Shown one piece after another: positions 58,768 to 64,000 of a DNA stretch of 64,000 nt. The stretch comes from Verrucomicrobiota bacterium (GTDB lineage Bacteria; Verrucomicrobiota; Verrucomicrobiia; Limisphaerales; Palsa-1400), in assembly GCA_049510745.1 (NCBI GenBank), contig JBEKYR010000010.1, forward strand, positions 32,001 through 96,000, given 5' to 3'. The position numbers and the translations under genes are program-made. Every line of letters begins with the position of its first letter. Positions within the stretch are counted from its first letter, which is position 1. The notes under the pieces were generated by a model. The model saw only the letters and a list, made by a program, of their open reading frames with translations, did not search any database and was not told the DNA's origin.

Positions 58768-60048
58768 TCAAGAGGCTTCCGGCTTCTCGCCAGCCTCGCC
58801 GCCGTTGCGCCGGGCAGCCTCGGACTTGATCGCTTCCATGATGGCGGGCACCTGGTCCTTGATCTGTTCGATCTGTTCCAAATCGCTCAATTCCGCCTGT
58901 AGCAAGGCGTCCACCGTCGAAAATCCCGCATGCACCAGGACACTGGCCACTTCGGGCGTCAAACCGATGGCCACGAAGCTCTGCACCGCCTGGGCCACTT
59001 TCTGCTCGAAGCCGACCGTCACCACCGCTTCCGGTTCGATGTCGATCTGCCAGCCGGTCAGTTTGGAGGTCAGGCGGGCGTTTTGCCCCCGCTTGCCGAT
59101 GGCGAGGGAAAGCTGGTCCTCCGCCACCATGATCTTGACCCGGCGCCGGGCCTCATCGACCGTAAAAGACTTCAATTGCGCCGGGGCCAGGGCGTTGGCG
59201 ATGTAGGTCTTGATGTTGGGGTCCCACTTGATGATATCGACCTTCTCGTTGTTCAACTCGCGCACGATATTCTTGACCCGCTGGCCTCGCAGCCCGACGC
59301 AGGCGCCGACCGGATCGACCTTGGGATCGCGGGTATGGACGGCCAGCTTGGTGCGGAAACCCGGCTCGCGCGCAATCCCCTTGATCTCGATGGTGCCGTC
59401 GTTGATCTCGGACACTTCCAACTGGAAAAGTTTGATGACAAATTGCGGATCGGCCCGGGACAGGATGATTTCCGGCCCGTGCGTCCCGGTTTCCACCGCC
59501 TTGACGTAGCAGCGGATGCGCTCGCCGATCTGGTATTCCTCGGTGGGAACGCGCTCGCGGTTGGGCAACAGCGCCTCGTATTTGCCCAGGTCGATCGTCA
59601 CGTCCGAGCGCTCGAAGCGGCGCACCACCCCGCTCATGATGTCGCCGATCCGGTCCTTGAACTCGGTGAAAATAAGTTGTTTCTCCGCCCGGCGGATGTG
59701 CTGCATGAGGGCCTGTTTGGCGTACTGTGAGGCGATGCGTCCGAACCCGGCGGGGGTCACCTCCACCTCCAACTCCTCGCCCAATTGCGCATCCGCCTTG
59801 AGGCGGCGGGCGTCGAAGACGGAAATCTGATCGTGTTTGGAGGCGACCTTCTCGGAGACGACCAGCCGGGCAAAAGCCTTGATATCGCCGGTTTTGGTGT
59901 CAATAGCGCAGCGCAATTCGCGGGCGGGGCCGACGGCCTTTTTAGCGGCGGACAGCAACGCCTCTTCCACCGCCTGAACCAGGACGTCACGGCTGATTCC
60001 CTTCTCGCGCTCCCAGAATTCCAACACTGCTAAAAAATCGGCGTTCAT
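58768..60048 (-). CDS. nusA: Transcription factor NusA
   Basis: FGRIASQ, AREPGFRTK, DPVGACVG, AIGKRGQNARL. Confidence 0.98.
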   Translation of the reverse strand: MNADFLAVLEFWEREKGISRDVLVQAVEEALLSAAKKAVGPARELRCAIDTKTGDIKAFARLVVSEKVASKHDQISVFDARRLKADAQLGEELEVEVTPAGFGRIASQYAKQALMQHIRRAEKQLIFTEFKDRIGDIMSGVVRRFERSDVTIDLGKYEALLPNRERVPTEEYQIGERIRCYVKAVETGTHGPEIILSRADPQFVIKLFQLEVSEINDGTIEIKGIAREPGFRTKLAVHTRDPKVDPVGACVGLRGQRVKNIVRELNNEKVDIIKWDPNIKTYIANALAPAQLKSFTVDEARRRVKIMVAEDQLSLAIGKRGQNARLTSKLTGWQIDIEPEAVVTVGFEQKVAQAVQSFVAIGLTPEVASVLVHAGFSTVDALLQAELSDLEQIEQIKDQVPAIMEAIKSEAARRNGGEAGEKPEAS

Positions 60049-60071
60049 AATCAAAATTTCCCCACACAGGG

Positions 60072-60106
60072 AATAAAAAAGTCGGCAGAACCTGGGTCTC
60101 CGACTT
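60072..60106 (-). terminator. Terminator-like hairpin in the nusA leader
   Basis: aagtcgg-agacccaggttctg-ccgactt-ttttatt, ending about 25 nt before the nusA ATG. Confidence 0.65.
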
Positions 60107-60300
60107 GCGCGCTGAAACGAGTCCAGCAAAACAAATTGTGCGACCCATATAATAGCCAGCCGCGCCCAATCGTCAACCGGAAAAATTTGCCGCCCAAAGG
60201 CCTGTCCAGCGCCGGTTTTGGGGTTGGCTGAAAGAGGCTGTGACCTGAGGTTTTAGCGAATCTGCATGGCCAAATCGCCGCGCCGGGCTAAACTGGCGGC

Positions 60301-61557
60301 ATGGAAATCTACGATCACCCGACGTTTCGCATGGCGTGCCGGCAATTCGATCTGGTCGCCGATCGGCTGCAAATGCCCGACGATGAACGCGGCCGCTTGA
60401 AGTTTCCCAAACGCTCCATGACCGTCGCCCTGCCCATTCACATGGATGATGGCAGCATCCGCGTTTTCACCGGCCATCGCGTCCAGCATCATTTGACCCT
60501 CGGCCCGACCAAAGGCGGGTTGCGCTATCACCCCGATGTCGCGCTGGGCGAGGTCGCCGCCCTGGCCATGTGGATGAGTTGGAAGTGCGCGCTGGCCGGG
60601 TTGCCCTACGGCGGCGCCAAAGGCGGCATTGCCTGCGATCCCCGCACGCTTTCCCCGTTGGAGTTGGAACGCCTGACCCGCCGCTACACCCAGGAAATGA
60701 TTCCCTTCATCGGCGACAAAGTCGATGTCATGGCGCCCGACATGGGCACCGACGAACAGACCATGGCCTGGATGATGGACACTTACTCCGTCCATACCGG
60801 CTATGCCGTGCCGTCCATTGTCACGGGCAAACCGGTCAGCATCGGCGGTTCGCTCGGACGCCGCGAAGCCACCGGGCGCGGCGTCGGCTACCTGATTAAC
60901 CGCGTCATGGATACCATCGGCCTCGAACCGACCGACTCCCGCGCCGTGGTGCAGGGCTTCGGCAATGTCGGCTCGGTCGCGGCGTTTTCCCTGGCCAAGT
61001 ACGGCGTGAAAATCGTCGGCATCAGCGATGTCAGCGGCGGCCTTTACAACGCGAAGGGAATTGACCTGTGGAAATTGGAGCAATACGCCGCCGCAAGACG
61101 CTCGGTGGCGGGCTTCCCGGGCGCGGAGCCAATCGCCAACGAGCAATTGCTGGTTTTGCCGTGCGAAATTCTGGTGCCCGCCGCGCTCGAGCGCCAAATC
61201 ACCGGCGACAACGCCGCCAGAATCCAGTGCCGCATCCTCGCCGAGGCCGCCAACGGCCCGACTACCCCGGAAGCGGACGTTATATTGGATCAACGTCCGG
61301 AGATCTTCCTCATCCCCGACATTTTGTGCAACGCGGGCGGGGTGATCGTCTCCTACTTTGAGTGGGTGCAGGATTTGCAGAGCTTTTTCTGGACGGAAAC
61401 CGAAGTGATGGACAAGCTCTTCCGCATCTTGGAGGGCGCGTTCATCCAGACGCTGACGTTGAGCCGGAAGCAGAAACTGTCGATGCGCGCGGCCGCGTTG
61501 GCCCTGGGGATCCAGCGCGTGCGGGAGGCCAAACGGATCCGCGGTTTGTTTCCGTAA
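60301..61557 (+). CDS. gdhA: Glu/Leu/Phe/Val dehydrogenase (glutamate dehydrogenase)
   Basis: GPTKGGLRY, GGAKGG, APDMGT, VTGKP, QGFGNVG, EAANGP, NAGGVIVSYFEW. Confidence 0.93.
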   Translation: MEIYDHPTFRMACRQFDLVADRLQMPDDERGRLKFPKRSMTVALPIHMDDGSIRVFTGHRVQHHLTLGPTKGGLRYHPDVALGEVAALAMWMSWKCALAGLPYGGAKGGIACDPRTLSPLELERLTRRYTQEMIPFIGDKVDVMAPDMGTDEQTMAWMMDTYSVHTGYAVPSIVTGKPVSIGGSLGRREATGRGVGYLINRVMDTIGLEPTDSRAVVQGFGNVGSVAAFSLAKYGVKIVGISDVSGGLYNAKGIDLWKLEQYAAARRSVAGFPGAEPIANEQLLVLPCEILVPAALERQITGDNAARIQCRILAEAANGPTTPEADVILDQRPEIFLIPDILCNAGGVIVSYFEWVQDLQSFFWTETEVMDKLFRILEGAFIQTLTLSRKQKLSMRAAALALGIQRVREAKRIRGLFP

Positions 61558-61721
61558 CCCAGGGCGGCGCGGCACCCGACCCGCCCCGCGAATTTTCAGT
61601 CCGGGACACCGCCGCAGCACGCAGGCGGGAGCGGTCCCTCCCGCCAGCCTCTCACCGGCGGAAATCAGGGCGCGGCGACAGGCACCATTTGGTGAACAGA
61701 GCGAGGGCATCGCCATGGATT

Positions 61722-61860
61722 TAGAGCGGTTTAAGAAATAGTGTAGCCGGTGTTCGACGGAAAATGTGTTCGGCGAGGCGCCGAACACGGCGGGCGAGGG
61801 CGCCCGCGCTCCCCAAAACCTCTACGCCTCAGCGGCTACAGTTTTCATGAAATTGCTCTA
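61722..61860. mobile_element. 139-bp MITE with internal REP-like hairpins
   Basis: 28-bp imperfect TIRs tagagcggtttaagaaatagtgtagccg / cggctacagttttcatgaaattgctcta; internal tgttcggcgaggcgccgaaca. Confidence 0.72.
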
Positions 61861-61876
61861 GGCGAATTCAGAAATG

Positions 61877-61912
61877 AGACTCCCCGCATTGAACCGGGAA
61901 TGCGGGGAGTCT
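61877..61912. terminator. 14-bp perfect stem-loop (terminator or REP)
   Basis: agactccccgcatt-gaaccggg-aatgcggggagtct. Confidence 0.55.
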
Positions 61913-62125
61913 AAATTCAAATTTCCCCTCTGTCGAGAAAAATGTGGAATCCGGGCGGGCCGACGGGCGTCTGTCGGTTTTTGGACCTCCTGCGACCCTG
62001 TCCGATCCCTGCCAAAAACTGAGAGGCGCGCGGCGTGAATTAATTCTCAATTTTTCACTTGCGCTCCGCGATGATTGCGTTATGATATCATCAAGATAGC
62101 AGTCAACCGTCAAATGAAAGGACCT

Positions 62126-63088
62126 ATGAATACCGAAAGAACAAACGCCAGCCGCGAGTCCGAAAGGTGCGTCAGCAGTGGCTGGATCATGCTTGGGGCT
62201 GACATCGTCTTGATCGTGGGCTCCGCAGCCTTGATGATTTACTCTGCGGTTCACGGCATCCGAACGCTGGGACATCCGATGTGGAAGTTTCTCATCATTG
62301 GGTTGCTGGCGGAAATTGTGAGCTGGATCCTGCTCAATGGCTTTTTCACATTGCAGCCCAATGAGGCGCGGGTCCTGCTTTTGTTCGGCGCTTACAAAGG
62401 AACGGTGCGAAAGAGTGGATTCCATTGGGGTAACCCATTCTATTCCAAAGACTTGAAAGCGGGCCGGCCTGAGCAGCCGGTTGCGATAACAACCGGGAGG
62501 GATAAAGTGTCCCTTCGGGCGCGCACCCTCAATGTGGTGAAACTCAAGGTCAACGACAAACGAGGCAACCCCATCGAAATTGCTGCCGTCGTCGTCTGGC
62601 GCGTGGCCGACACCGCCCAGGCGGTCTTCGATGTGGACGATTACGAGGGCTACGTTCACCTCCAAAGCGAAAGCGCCCTGCGCCATCTGGCCAGCGCCTA
62701 TCGCTACGATGACGGCGAGGAAAACGAAGCGACCCTGCGCGGCAACGTGGATGAAATTTCGCAGGCCTTGCGCCGGGAATTGCAGGAGCGGCTGGCCAAG
62801 GCGGGCGTCGTCGTTGATGAGGCCCGGCTGACCAACCTGTCCTACGCGCCCGAGATCGCCCAGGTGATGCTGCGCCGCCAACAAGCCGAAGCCGTCATCG
62901 CCGCCCGGCAAAAGATTGTCCAGGGGGCCGTCAGCATGGTGGACATGGCGCTGAAGGATTTGGCGCAGAAAGAGGTGGTGGCGTTGGACGACGAGCGCAA
63001 AGCGGCCATGGTGAGCAACCTGATGGTGGTGCTTTGCAGCGAATCGGAAGTCCACCCGGTCGTCAACACCGGCACGCTCTATACTTGA
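62126..63088 (+). CDS. SPFH/band 7 membrane protein
   Basis: [52 protein letters not shown]; aaagga RBS. Confidence 0.93.
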   Translation: MNTERTNASRESERCVSSGWIMLGADIVLIVGSAALMIYSAVHGIRTLGHPMWKFLIIGLLAEIVSWILLNGFFTLQPNEARVLLLFGAYKGTVRKSGFHWGNPFYSKDLKAGRPEQPVAITTGRDKVSLRARTLNVVKLKVNDKRGNPIEIAAVVVWRVADTAQAVFDVDDYEGYVHLQSESALRHLASAYRYDDGEENEATLRGNVDEISQALRRELQERLAKAGVVVDEARLTNLSYAPEIAQVMLRRQQAEAVIAARQKIVQGAVSMVDMALKDLAQKEVVALDDERKAAMVSNLMVVLCSESEVHPVVNTGTLYT

Positions 63089-63091
63089 CGG

Positions 63092-63274
63092 ATGGCCTCG
63101 AGAAAACCCTTCCTGTTGCGGATGGACCCGGCGCTCTGGGCCGAATTGGAGGCCTGGGCGCAGGCCGAATTGCGCAGCGTCAACGGCCAGATCGAATATC
63201 TGCTCAGACAAGCCGTCGCCAAACGCAAAGGCCCCTCGTCCGTTCGCAAGGCGGACGATCAAAAGAGGGGTTGA
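63092..63274 (+). CDS. Arc/ribbon-helix-helix DNA-binding protein
   Basis: [13 protein letters not shown]...[17 protein letters not shown]. Confidence 0.88.
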   Translation: MASRKPFLLRMDPALWAELEAWAQAELRSVNGQIEYLLRQAVAKRKGPSSVRKADDQKRG

Positions 63275-63584
63275 TTTTCAGGGCGCAATTGAAAGTTTCC
63301 CGGCCCGGGACACCTTGGATTTCGTCGAAGCAGTTCTGTCTTTCGTGCAAGGACAGCCTTAGTAAACGTGTCCTCTGTTCAAGGACAAATGTGGAGTGTT
63401 GTGAACTCGCCACTGTTCGCAACGCTGACCCAACGAGCAGGACTTCCTGTTTGACACGGGCACCATCGCCTGTCATAGTGAGGCTGTGCGAACGGTACAA
63501 GACCAACTGTCCGTCAGCACGCTGCCCGCGAACGGCTGGCGGCGCGGAAGAAATCAGCTTCTTGTCGGGCAACGACTTTGCTCC

Positions 63585-64000
63585 TTGAGAACCCAGGGCC
63601 GCTGGAGGCATGGGCGCGCGTTCACTCTCATCGAACTTTTGGTGGTCATTGCGATTATCACCATCCTCGCGGGTATATTATTGCCGGCTCTGAGTCGGGC
63701 CAAGGAGCAGGGTTACACGACCGCTTGTAAGAGCAACCTGCGGCAACTGGGCATCGCCCTCGGGAACTACGCATCTGATTATAAAGCGTATCCATACGAA
63801 TCCTTGGGTCGGGCCGTGCCTGGAGCAACCAATTACTATTGGCAAGAGCTATTGCAACCCTATTCCGGCGCAACGTGGGATTTAAACACCTTTGAAGGCC
63901 AGGCGACTTCAACCGGACTGCTCTACTTGTGCCCAAGCTATGCTCACCTGACACTTTGGAATCCGGGCGGCGTGCAGCAATGGGACTTTGCGCACGTTTG
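63585..64000 (+). CDS. Prepilin-type N-terminal cleavage/methylation protein (runs off the right edge)
   Basis: Hand translation [33 protein letters not shown]...CKSNLRQLG...YLCPS, open to the edge. Start (TTG) uncertain; TTGACA-17-CATAGT promoter at 63451. Confidence 0.88.
   Translation, partial: MRTQGRWRHGRAFTLIELLVVIAIITILAGILLPALSRAKEQGYTTACKSNLRQLGIALGNYASDYKAYPYESLGRAVPGATNYYWQELLQPYSGATWDLNTFEGQATSTGLLYLCPSYAHLTLWNPGGVQQWDFAHV

Overview
GC-rich bacterial chromosome segment. Gene content and repeat style suggest Verrucomicrobiota (Pedosphaera/Limisphaerales-like); this is inference. Left to right: smc (runs off the left edge); a mobile-DNA graveyard (IS21 istB remnant split by a MITE, a cassette-like ORF with an attC-like hairpin, an IS21-type right end, and a REP-flanked Y1/HUH transposase); a GHL10 glycoside hydrolase; a type II restriction-modification pair; a ~21 kb xylan/arabinoxylan-type carbohydrate locus (GH127/146, GH10, GPH symporter, PfkB, GH116, GH3, UroD-like, GH115, two prepilin-type genes, a large secreted protein, a ROK regulator); UvrD helicase; hscB/iscA-like genes; GH88 plus SDR; an isolated 7-gene Mu-like lysis/packaging module (2 lipoproteins, class 3 lipase, gp25/26/27-like, intact large terminase, with no portal, capsid or transposase); an FHA protein; the moxR-DUF58-batA-batB/C operon interrupted by an antisense toxin-antitoxin pair; more TA genes; the nusA-infB-rbfA-nrnA-truB-ribF operon; glutamate dehydrogenase; SPFH plus an Arc-like regulator; and a third prepilin-type gene at the right edge. 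No rRNA, tRNA or CRISPR array was seen. Best candidates for new biology: the orphan terminase-lipase module (with an apparent Walker A/B residue swap), a promoter bracketed by inverted repeats between divergent sugar operons, the TA insertion with a duplicated DUF58 start, and short tandem-repeat hairpins incorporated in frame into genes. All family assignments come from motif recognition by eye, not database searches.
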